Source: Obrimoposthia wandeli (Eukaryota). From it: a DNA stretch of 64,000 nucleotides. The position numbers and the translations under genes are program-made. The stretch covers positions 496,001-560,000 of the forward strand of contig CDROCS010001101.1 in NCBI GenBank assembly GCA_977020255.1, written 5' to 3'. Numbering within the stretch: position 1 is the stretch's first letter; each line of letters starts with the position of its first letter. Below the pieces are notes generated by a model that was not told the origin of the DNA, did no database searches, and saw only the letters and a program-made list of their open reading frames with translations. Below, piece after piece: positions 39,606 to 47,913 of the stretch.

Positions 39606-40574
39606 CTAAACAACTGTCATCTGGCCTGCGTACAAGATAAATGTACGCAGCATTAACACACCGATAAGACTTAATGAGGTGACAAGCAATACAAAGGCTT
39701 TGTTATGTTGTGCCTGAGTGGGGACAAAAAAGTTAAGCCCCAATGGCACTAACATACCCGCGCCAACGACGCCGTACCAGAACCAGGTTGCCCAGAATCC
39801 ACCACCAATAGCCGCCATCGCTGCCACTTCGTTCTGACCGCCACCAAAGATAAGGCCAGTAAAAAATGTTAGCAGTACAAACAACTCGAACACCACAACA
39901 GGACGTTCAATACTGTGGATCCATTGCACACTCTTGCTGTGGAATGACTCTTTAAAGCCAATAATACCCACCAACAAACAGGCCGCAGCCCCCGAAGACA
40001 CACTCGAGAAGATAAACAACACAGGTAACACAGGGTTATTTAACATCGGATACGTTTTCAGTGCTGATAATAAAAACCCAGTATAAGCAGCTAACATCAC
40101 AGCAAGCAGTGCTAAAAATAGCTCTAACGCATTCTCAAATTTAGCTATTTTGTCTACAATCGGGTTAACGAAAGCTAGGCGACCTTTAAACAGTTTCTGC
40201 AGTAATGTCGCTAACTCGTCTTTAAACATCACAGCAATCCAAGTAAATAGAATAATCATATAAACTTGGAACAAGATCACACCCATCGACATCACTGAGG
40301 TTGGGTTAAAGTAAACGAGGATCTTCCAAAATGCTAAAGGCTTGGTTAAGTGAAAAATCAAAATCGTTAAGCCTGATATAATCCCTAACGGCGCTAAGAT
40401 TGCCGTTGCTTTGATAATACCGTTAGCAGACGCTTTGCCTTCAATAACCTTACGCTTCAAATGAATAGCAATGAGTACCATGCCTGCTGACATACCGGTT
40501 AAAAACAGGTATATCGCAATGATCCAGTCCCACACCAATGAATCAAACGTAAACGCACTTACAAATGTATTCAT
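39606..40574 (-). CDS. nrfD: Nitrite reductase membrane subunit NrfD
   Basis: WDWIIAIYLFLTGMSAG, SVMSMGV, LAAYTGFLLS, LRTFILYAGQ. Confidence 0.95.
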   Translation of the reverse strand: MNTFVSAFTFDSLVWDWIIAIYLFLTGMSAGMVLIAIHLKRKVIEGKASANGIIKATAILAPLGIISGLTILIFHLTKPLAFWKILVYFNPTSVMSMGVILFQVYMIILFTWIAVMFKDELATLLQKLFKGRLAFVNPIVDKIAKFENALELFLALLAVMLAAYTGFLLSALKTYPMLNNPVLPVLFIFSSVSSGAAACLLVGIIGFKESFHSKSVQWIHSIERPVVVFELFVLLTFFTGLIFGGGQNEVAAMAAIGGGFWATWFWYGVVGAGMLVPLGLNFFVPTQAQHNKAFVLLVTSLSLIGVLMLRTFILYAGQMTVV

Positions 40575-41257
40575 CGTTTTATCTCCCCTTTTGTATCCGC
40601 CACTTTATACAGTTTTGGCTCGGTCCCTAACTCTACTTTCGAGCGGTAAACAGCATTGCTAGCAATCACTTTGTTTATCTCACTCGTCGGATCGTTAAGA
40701 TCACCAAAGGTCAGTGCTTTCGTCGGACATGATTCGACACAAGCAGGTAATTTACCGGCTTTCAAATTGGTATCACGACAGAAGTTACACTTATCTGCAG
40801 ATTTTGTTTCTGGGTGGAAGAATCGGACTTTATACGGGCAAGCCGCTAAGCAGTAACCACAACCGACACACTTATCGCCATGCACATCGACAATGCCAGT
40901 TTTAAGATCAACATACGATGCACCCGTCGGACAAACCGTGACACAAGGGGCGTTATCACAATGCTGACAAGATACACGTGTAAATGTGTAATCAACGTCA
41001 GGGTACTCTCCCATAGGTGCACTACGTTCTATTTTTAAGCGAGAAACACCTTCTGGTACGTTATTGGTTTCACGACATGCATCTGTACATGCAGTACAAC
41101 CAATACACGCTGTTTCGTCAAAAACCATACCGTAACGTTTATCACCGTCAACTTGTGTGGCTACTAATGATTTTTGACCGAAAGCAACTTTAGAAACACC
41201 AGTAGTAAAAATTACCGCGCCAGCACCAAGTAATAAATTTCGTCTAGAACAGGCCAT
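40571..41257 (-). CDS. nrfC: Fe-S protein NrfC
   Basis: Tat SRRNLL; CIGCTAC, CQHCDNAPC, CVGCGYC..CPY, KCNFC. Confidence 0.95.
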   Translation of the reverse strand: MACSRRNLLLGAGAVIFTTGVSKVAFGQKSLVATQVDGDKRYGMVFDETACIGCTACTDACRETNNVPEGVSRLKIERSAPMGEYPDVDYTFTRVSCQHCDNAPCVTVCPTGASYVDLKTGIVDVHGDKCVGCGYCLAACPYKVRFFHPETKSADKCNFCRDTNLKAGKLPACVESCPTKALTFGDLNDPTSEINKVIASNAVYRSKVELGTEPKLYKVADTKGEIKR

Positions 41258-41258
41258 G

Positions 41259-41864
41259 TCAGTCTCCCTTACCTTCTTTATTCAAGTTAAAGTCTTTATG
41301 ACAATCGACGCATTCTGCTATCTGAGCCTTACGTTCTAGCGCTTGCATGCCTTCTTTTTCACCATCGGCATGGATCACATGACAAGATGAACAAGTGGCT
41401 TTTTTCGCATGAACATCATGTACCCACGTTTTCTCTTGTAGCCGTTCTGATGTATGACATTCAGTACAATTACCAGTTGCTTTCAAGATGGCGTCAAAAT
41501 CAAGCAAGGTTTTATCCGTGCCGATTTGAGATTGAGCTGCAGAGAACTTAGTTACTTGAGAGGGGTTTTCGCGATGATCTGGACCAATCGAGTTATGGCA
41601 TTCAACACATTTAAGGTCTCTGCCAAGTTCTGCGACGACTTTTTCACCGTGCGTACCTTGTCGTGTTTCTTTCGAGTCTTTGTGGCATTGCGTACACGCA
41701 TTATCACTGTCACGAATAAACGTTACTTCATGTCGGCCATCAGTATTCACACCAATATTTTGGCTATCTGAAGACTCTGCAGTAACACTGAAATTAAAAC
41801 CATAGATACATATGAAGAGCAGAAAGCTAATCGTTGTACGTATGGCTAATTTTACATTACCCAT
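41259..41864 (-). CDS. nrfB: Pentaheme cytochrome c NrfB
   Basis: Five CxxCH motifs (CTQCH, CVECH, CTECH, CSSCH, CVDCH). Confidence 0.93.
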   Translation of the reverse strand: MGNVKLAIRTTISFLLFICIYGFNFSVTAESSDSQNIGVNTDGRHEVTFIRDSDNACTQCHKDSKETRQGTHGEKVVAELGRDLKCVECHNSIGPDHRENPSQVTKFSAAQSQIGTDKTLLDFDAILKATGNCTECHTSERLQEKTWVHDVHAKKATCSSCHVIHADGEKEGMQALERKAQIAECVDCHKDFNLNKEGKGD

Positions 41865-42109
41865 TTTGCATCCTTCTATGAGAATTATAAAAATGTGTCT
41901 TAATTAAAAGCACATTTTAATTTTCGTTAGTTTAATTATTCAGAGCAAACCTATAATTAAATTACAGTTTAATTAACGTTTAATTAATTTAAACTTATCT
42001 ATTATTTGTTTTCCTGAGTAATACTAATTCTAATTAAGAATAATTCTTATTTATAATGCCAGCCACAACGCTTAACGAGATCACTATATTTTAAAACGTC
42101 AAAATATGA

Positions 42110-42139
42110 CACCCCAAAATGAGTACCCATCATGGGTTA
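42110..42139. promoter_or_regulatory. NarP/NarL-type heptamers in the nrfB-nrfA intergenic region
   Basis: CACCCCA-aa-ATGAGTA (7-2-7) overlapping TACCCAT-c-ATGGGTT. Confidence 0.5.
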
Positions 42140-42323
42140 ATTAAATATTTGAGATACACGTCAACAAACGCATAAGGTTATGTTTTAAAAAGATTAACGC
42201 ATGTCATTGAAATGTAAATAAATGTCAACCTGTGTCATTTACTGTATAGCTCACTCTTTAACCATCTTTTTTTCATACTTATTTAAAGATAATAAAAACA
42301 CGTTATTTGTTATTTTAACAATC

Positions 42324-42337
42324 TTGATCGAAAACAA
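42324..42337. promoter_or_regulatory. FNR site
   Basis: TTGAT-cgaa-AACAA (9/10 to TTGAT-N4-ATCAA). Confidence 0.6.
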
Positions 42338-42534
42338 TAAACAAGAGAGTAAACAACGGTTTTCATTTATATGTAGGTAGATTTGAGATATTTTAAATAA
42401 CGTAATTATATGTTTTAAAATAACCCTTCAGATATGAAAGGTTAAATTAAAATGTATAAATACATTTCCAATTCTTATTTATTGCCACTCTCACAACGCT
42501 TGGTCAATCTAAATAATTAATAATTGGAGATAAC

Positions 42535-43974
42535 ATGGCTAGTGTATATAAAACGCTAAAACCAGCCTCAGGCGTTGCAGTTTTACTCGCAACGTTATTG
42601 CTTGGTGCTAGCAGTAGTACTGTATTTGCTGCTGATCAAGTATCAGAAAAATTAGAACCACGTAATGAAAAATTTGAACAAGCACACCCAGATCAGTACA
42701 AAACGTGGAAAGCGACAAGTGAAAGTGAAGAAATAGAAGATGCACTGAAAGGTGATCCAAATATGGTCATCATGTGGGCTGGTTATGGTTTTTCTAAAGA
42801 CTATAACAAAGCACGTGGACATTTCTACGCGATTGATGACATCCGTAATACCTTGCGTACAGGTGGACCAACAAATGCGAATAATGGCCCAATGGTCATG
42901 TCTTGCTGGAGCTGTAAAAGCCCTGACGTAGCACGTTTTATTGAACAAAACGGTGAAGATGCTTACTTCTCAGGTAAGTGGGCGAAAGGTGGTGCTGAAG
43001 TAGTTAATGCCATTGGTTGTGCCGATTGTCATGATACCCGCAGTGACGCATTTAAAAATGGCGAACCAGCGCTTAAATTGACTCGTCCACACGTTGAACG
43101 CGCAATGGAAACTATTGGTAAACCATTTGCAGAACAAGGTCGCCTTGATCAACAAGCTCAAGTCTGTGCTCAATGCCATGTTGAATATTATTTCACCGGA
43201 CCAACTAAAGCCGTTAAATTCCCTTGGGATAAAGGCACTACAGTTGATCAGATGGAAGAATACTATGACGAGATCGGCTTTAAAGATTGGACGCATGCGG
43301 TATCTAAAACACCAATGCTAAAAGCACAGCACCCTGGTTATGAAACATGGCGCGAAGGTATTCACGGTAAAAACAACGTAACGTGTGTTGATTGCCATAT
43401 GCCTAAAGTTAAAAATGCAGACGGTACAGTGTTCACGGATCATAAAGTGGGTAACCCATTTGATCGTTTCCAAGATACCTGTGCAAACTGTCATACGCAA
43501 AGTAAAGAAATGCTCCAAGATGTTGTTAAAACACGTAAACAGCAAGTAAATGAGATGAAATTACTGGCTGAAAAACAAATTATTGCAGCACATTTCGAAG
43601 CTAAAGCGGCATGGGATGCTGGCGCAGTACAAGCAGAAATGGATGATATCCAACTTAATATCCGACATGCACAATGGCGTTGGGATTATGCAATCGCCTC
43701 TCATGGCGTGCATATGCATGCACCTGAAGTTGCACTACGTGTACTCGGTACAGCATTAGACCGTGCAACAGATGCACGTGCTCAGCTAATCCGTCTACTT
43801 GCTAAGAAAGGCATCACAGATCCAATCGAGATCCCTGATATCTCAACCAAAGAACTTGCACAACAAGCGCTTGGTATGGATATGGAAAAAATGAAAAAAG
43901 AGAAAGCTGAATTCTTGAAAACACTGGTACCAAAGTGGGAAGCCGAAGCAGAAAAACGCGAAGCAACTTACTAA
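42535..43974 (+). CDS. nrfA: Ammonia-forming cytochrome c nitrite reductase NrfA
   Basis: CWSCK active-site heme plus four CxxCH; [17 protein letters not shown]. Confidence 0.97.
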   Translation: MASVYKTLKPASGVAVLLATLLLGASSSTVFAADQVSEKLEPRNEKFEQAHPDQYKTWKATSESEEIEDALKGDPNMVIMWAGYGFSKDYNKARGHFYAIDDIRNTLRTGGPTNANNGPMVMSCWSCKSPDVARFIEQNGEDAYFSGKWAKGGAEVVNAIGCADCHDTRSDAFKNGEPALKLTRPHVERAMETIGKPFAEQGRLDQQAQVCAQCHVEYYFTGPTKAVKFPWDKGTTVDQMEEYYDEIGFKDWTHAVSKTPMLKAQHPGYETWREGIHGKNNVTCVDCHMPKVKNADGTVFTDHKVGNPFDRFQDTCANCHTQSKEMLQDVVKTRKQQVNEMKLLAEKQIIAAHFEAKAAWDAGAVQAEMDDIQLNIRHAQWRWDYAIASHGVHMHAPEVALRVLGTALDRATDARAQLIRLLAKKGITDPIEIPDISTKELAQQALGMDMEKMKKEKAEFLKTLVPKWEAEAEKREATY

Positions 43975-44000
43975 TCACTGGTTAGTATTACCATAGCAAT

Positions 44001-44038
44001 AAAAGCGGCTATTCATTCATTTGAATAGCCGCTTTTTT
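44001..44038. terminator. Terminator between convergent nrfA and nrfG
   Basis: AAAAGCGGCTATTCA-ttcatt-TGAATAGCCGCTTTT. Confidence 0.9.
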
Positions 44039-44102
44039 ATTTGCTTGAAATACTGGAAATAAAGAAGAGAATAAGTAGCAGCAATGAGTAATTGCTAAAG
44101 GT

Positions 44103-44726
44103 TTATTTAATAAACTGTTTCGCTTGGTTTATTGAATTAATAATCGATACTCTATCTAAGCCCTGCTGATCAGAATCGAGTAACTGCACCCAAAGATCGA
44201 TGGCTTGCTGGTATCGTACATTCATGAACTCATTTGCCGCAAGCATCATTAGAGCCGTCTGATTATTCGGTTCTAGTGCTAACGCTTGATCAAGTAACGC
44301 CTGCACATCAACAGTTAAATGCTGACCGTTTGCGTAATACAATGCTGATGCCTTTGCTGAGTAATGCATTGCCATAGGCTTTGCTGTTAAGCGGATTGCA
44401 TAATCAAATACTAATACTGCATCATCATATTCTCCGTTATACATATAAGCATTACCGAGTTGATACCAGAGTTTAGCATTCTGCTTATCGTCATAAAGTT
44501 TGTCTTGCAGCGTTAAAATGCGCTTATCACTCATTTGCGATAGCGAAAGTTGCTCAAAAGGCGCAGCGGCGATCACAGCTTGCTTTGTTTCTAAAGCTTT
44601 ATAATCGCTTAATAAATAATAACCCGCCGCACTAGACCCGATAAGTACAGAAGCGATAACTGGAGTCCACAAAGATTTACGCATAGCCAATGTCTCTGTT
44701 GATAATGATTGTGAACAGTTTAACAC
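44103..44726 (-). CDS. nrfG: NrfG-like TPR heme lyase subunit (start possibly ATG at 44684)
   Basis: N-terminal TM; TPRs WYQLGNAY, ALYYANGQ, ALMMLAANEF..RYQQAIDLW. Confidence 0.8.
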   Translation of the reverse strand: MLNCSQSLSTETLAMRKSLWTPVIASVLIGSSAAGYYLLSDYKALETKQAVIAAAPFEQLSLSQMSDKRILTLQDKLYDDKQNAKLWYQLGNAYMYNGEYDDAVLVFDYAIRLTAKPMAMHYSAKASALYYANGQHLTVDVQALLDQALALEPNNQTALMMLAANEFMNVRYQQAIDLWVQLLDSDQQGLDRVSIINSINQAKQFIK

Positions 44727-44838
44727 TTCTACCTATTATTACTTAGTTATTAAGATTAATAGTGATGCAGACATTGCGACTTACACAACAAACTGCTTAA
44801 ATACACCTACAAAGTAGTAATAAAAACAAAGAGAGCCT

Positions 44839-45846
44839 ATGAACACGATCAAACAACAGCACTGTAATACCAGAATGATCCGTACTCATGCCCTACTACA
44901 TATGGCTAAATCAATTCACAGTATTCAAGGTGCAACTGCTCAAGGCATTGAATATCCAGCACCTAAAATTAATCTTACAGACATTCAGCAAACGTTAGAT
45001 ACGCTTGAAACCCAATACTACGTGGCAAACACCACCAGCGACGCAGAATCAATAGGTCAACTCAGTACTTCACACGCTACACCGACAACAGGTATCTCTG
45101 CCAACAAGTATGTCTGGCATTATAACGAGGCGATCTCACTGCCTTTTATCCCAGCTAAACTAGCGGTTGTCGGTGCCGGTATTGCAGCAATTGAGATCGC
45201 AACTATTTACCAAGCACTTGGTGCCAATGTGGATATATTAATTACCGGTGATGAGGTTTTTCCTGAACTGGATAAAGATATCAACAAGACCTTTCAGCGT
45301 TATGTCAAACGCCTTTTCAAAATAAAGCCGCAAGCAGAAATTAGCGCTTTTAACTTCATTGATAACCAAGTTCAGTTATCCGTCACCAGTAAAAACAAAG
45401 CATTACCAGATTGCATTTATGATGCGGTATTTATTGCCGACGACACCGACTCACAACGTGATTTATTAACTCAACCTTTCATGGCCACCAGCTTCCCGAC
45501 AGTGACATGGTTAGGCTGGACAGAGAAACAATTAGCAAGCAGTGAGTTAAATTACAAAGTCATCAACCTGCCTTGGCGCGCACTCGGTCGTGCCAATACA
45601 GATGTAAACACCAACGGTCTAACCAAGCTTATTTTTAATACTGATGATCACACCTTAATTGGTGGTGGCATGATAGGTAATAACGCCGATGAGATATTTG
45701 GTGAGGTATGCTTAGCGATACACAACAAGTTTACCGCAGATAATATTGCTCATACAGTGCATGCACACCCGACTTTACATGAGTCAATATTGTTGGCAGC
45801 AGAAGTGTACCTCGGTACAGCAACAGATGTAGTGAACGAAGTATAA
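44839..45846 (+). CDS. Degenerate dihydrolipoamide dehydrogenase (LpdA/E3)-like protein lacking the FAD domain and redox disulfide
   Basis: ALLHMAK, KLAVVGAGIAAIEIATIYQALG, DKDINKTF, TKLIF, HAHPTLHES align with LpdA; N-terminal GxGxxG and CxxxxC absent; GAGAG SD present. Confidence 0.75.
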   Translation: MNTIKQQHCNTRMIRTHALLHMAKSIHSIQGATAQGIEYPAPKINLTDIQQTLDTLETQYYVANTTSDAESIGQLSTSHATPTTGISANKYVWHYNEAISLPFIPAKLAVVGAGIAAIEIATIYQALGANVDILITGDEVFPELDKDINKTFQRYVKRLFKIKPQAEISAFNFIDNQVQLSVTSKNKALPDCIYDAVFIADDTDSQRDLLTQPFMATSFPTVTWLGWTEKQLASSELNYKVINLPWRALGRANTDVNTNGLTKLIFNTDDHTLIGGGMIGNNADEIFGEVCLAIHNKFTADNIAHTVHAHPTLHESILLAAEVYLGTATDVVNEV

Positions 45847-45852
45847 GTACGA

Positions 45853-45894
45853 TTAGCGATGAACTGTTAGCGCTTAACTATTAGCGCTTAACTA
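45853..45894. repeat. 14-bp tandem repeat x3 between two stop codons
   Basis: ttagcgatgaactg / ttagcgcttaacta / ttagcgcttaacta. Confidence 0.8.
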
Positions 45895-46158
45895 TCAATC
45901 AGCATTAACGATAATTAATGCTGACTCGAGCTCAAGGTCACTGGCAGTTTTCACGTCTCCGCAATAACCGCTGTTACATTGCTGCGTACAAGGTTTAGAA
46001 CAATGCACACGCTTGTTGCAGCTCCACAAACACAATTGCCAAACTTGCTGCTTAGATTCAGCATCTAAGCAGTTCAAATCAGCGACACACAGATGACCCG
46101 CTTGAATCAACTCTGCCAGTTTATGTGTTGATATACTTAAATTAACCTTGGTCGCCAT
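45895..46158 (-). CDS. Small Cys-rich hypothetical protein (87 aa, 8 Cys), likely Fur-regulated
   Basis: AGGGA SD; LCVADLNCLD..VWQLCLWSC..HCSKPCTQQC..YC; Fur box upstream. Confidence 0.7.
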   Translation of the reverse strand: MATKVNLSISTHKLAELIQAGHLCVADLNCLDAESKQQVWQLCLWSCNKRVHCSKPCTQQCNSGYCGDVKTASDLELESALIIVNAD

Positions 46159-46204
46159 GCTGCTATCCCTATAAACGCTTATAAACTATATCCTAATAAT
46201 AATC

Positions 46205-46223
46205 ACAAATGAGAACTATTATC
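46205..46223. promoter_or_regulatory. Fur box overlapping a minus-strand promoter candidate (TTGATA-18-TATTAT)
   Basis: ACAAATGAGAACTATTATC, 13/19 to consensus. Confidence 0.65.
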
Positions 46224-46334
46224 AATAGGGTTTATCAATTTCCTTTACATTAAATTACAAAGCGTTCGAATAACAGCCTGAGATCAAGCTTTTGCAAGAT
46301 GTACTATGACTAACAGTACGATTTATTAACAGTG

Positions 46335-46880
46335 CTATTGACCATAAAGGTCAGGATATAAAAATGGCGCCATTGCTAATGTAAGCGCTTGGGTATAGTT
46401 ACTCTCGCGTGTGGCATGGCCATTAGTCAATAAGCCAATCGCGCCGCCTTTATGCTTAATATTAACGGTTTTAAATAGTTTATCCATGACAGGACCTAAT
46501 TCTTCCCCATCAAGCAACGACTGATAAATAGGTGCTGGTAAAGGCAATGCAGCACTGCGACCAACAGATTGCTGCGCTTTAGACGCAATCACCACATATG
46601 CAAATGTAGCAGGGCCATCGTCAAGTAGATCAACCCCACCTTCAATAGCAATATAAAAATCCGCGTCAGCATGCTGCTGGCAATACTTAACACGGTTAAT
46701 AGCACCGTCACGGGTTTCTGCGGCATTCATTGGTTGATCCGGTACATTGGAAGGTGCGTTTAGCCCTTCACATTCAACGATACAGTCAGGATATAATTGC
46801 GCAATCACGCTACGTGACGCATTCACTTTTACTGGGTTTTTTGACCCAACCACAACTTTAATTAATTTCTGTTCCATCAT
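46335..46880 (-). CDS. yjjX: Inosine/xanthosine triphosphatase
   Basis: VVGSKNPVKV, VPDQPM..ETRDGAINR, AIEGG, ELGPVMD, KGGAIGLLT. Confidence 0.93.
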   Translation of the reverse strand: MMEQKLIKVVVGSKNPVKVNASRSVIAQLYPDCIVECEGLNAPSNVPDQPMNAAETRDGAINRVKYCQQHADADFYIAIEGGVDLLDDGPATFAYVVIASKAQQSVGRSAALPLPAPIYQSLLDGEELGPVMDKLFKTVNIKHKGGAIGLLTNGHATRESNYTQALTLAMAPFLYPDLYGQ

Positions 46881-47372
46881 TTATAAATTAACTCTTCTTG
46901 ATTGCCAGTAGTGGCTATGCCAATAAGGATTATCCAAACGAGATATGATCACGCCACGACTACTCGACGCATGAAAGAATTGGAATTCATCAACCATGAT
47001 CCCGACGTGACGAACATTCACACCCGTTTTAAAAAACACTAAATCACCTGTCCGTAATTGCTGACGCTTAATCGAGCGACCTACTTTTACTTGCTCTGCG
47101 GTTGTCCGCGGTAGCGATAATGCGAATTGCTGCTCAAAAGTAAGTTTAACCAAAGCTGAACAATCAACACCGCGCTTACTCATCCCGCCCCATTTATGCG
47201 GCGTGCCACGCCAGTCTTTATATTGTGATAACAACAACCTCTGCACATAAACAAGTTCGGCAGTTGGTGCATTAATTTTTGTAGCGCCCTGAGGTTGTTT
47301 TCTTGCACTATTCTGGCTACACCCAGACATGAACAACAACAGTAAAGCACAACAAAACAATTTAACTAGCAT
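46881..47372 (-). CDS. NlpC/P60 peptidoglycan endopeptidase lipoprotein
   Basis: Lipobox MSGC; GVDCSAL, GDLVFF, HVGI, FFHAS. Confidence 0.9.
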   Translation of the reverse strand: MLVKLFCCALLLLFMSGCSQNSARKQPQGATKINAPTAELVYVQRLLLSQYKDWRGTPHKWGGMSKRGVDCSALVKLTFEQQFALSLPRTTAEQVKVGRSIKRQQLRTGDLVFFKTGVNVRHVGIMVDEFQFFHASSSRGVIISRLDNPYWHSHYWQSRRVNL

Positions 47373-47608
47373 TCTATATATCCGTTAGTGTTTAACACTC
47401 TCTATTTAATTCTTGATATTCTACCTTTACGCTATAGCCCAAAACAACCCGTTTATGGCCTTCCACCTAAAATCTCAGTGAGAATACTCAAAATCTACGC
47501 CAAATAGGCACGATTCAATGAATAAAAAATTAAAAAACAAATAAAAATTAAATAATAATGCCTCGATATGACCGTTTATTTGGGGCTAAACACTGTTACA
47601 AGCAACAC

Positions 47609-47625
47609 TAAAGTTACCGCTAACA
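47609..47625. promoter_or_regulatory. 17-bp box shared by both WS/DGAT upstream regions (copy 1)
   Basis: TAAAGTTACCGCTAACA; 16/17 identical to 57375-57391. Confidence 0.6.
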
Positions 47626-47646
47626 TGACACACTGTAACCATCCTT

Positions 47647-47663
47647 AACAGGTCAGACCTCCT
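47647..47663. promoter_or_regulatory. FadR-like site upstream of WS/DGAT-1
   Basis: AACAGGTCAGACCTCCT vs AACTGGTCnGACCAGTT; GGTCnGACC core intact. Confidence 0.6.
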
Positions 47664-47913
47664 TGTTTGTAAAGCTTTTCCTGTATCTCGCTAAATTTAA
47701 CAAAAAACGCAATGAAATAGTTAAGTAACAAGATCTATAATATATTTAATACTATTTTCATACTCTTAAAAGTACATTTAACACCCTGTCACTATTTACA
47801 AATACAAAACAACAAACTAACATATACCCATATAGATATAGAAAAACTACAAAGTAGAGCTTAGTATCTAAACACTTTATTTTATGGATTTATTGCATAG
47901 GGAATTAGATAGC

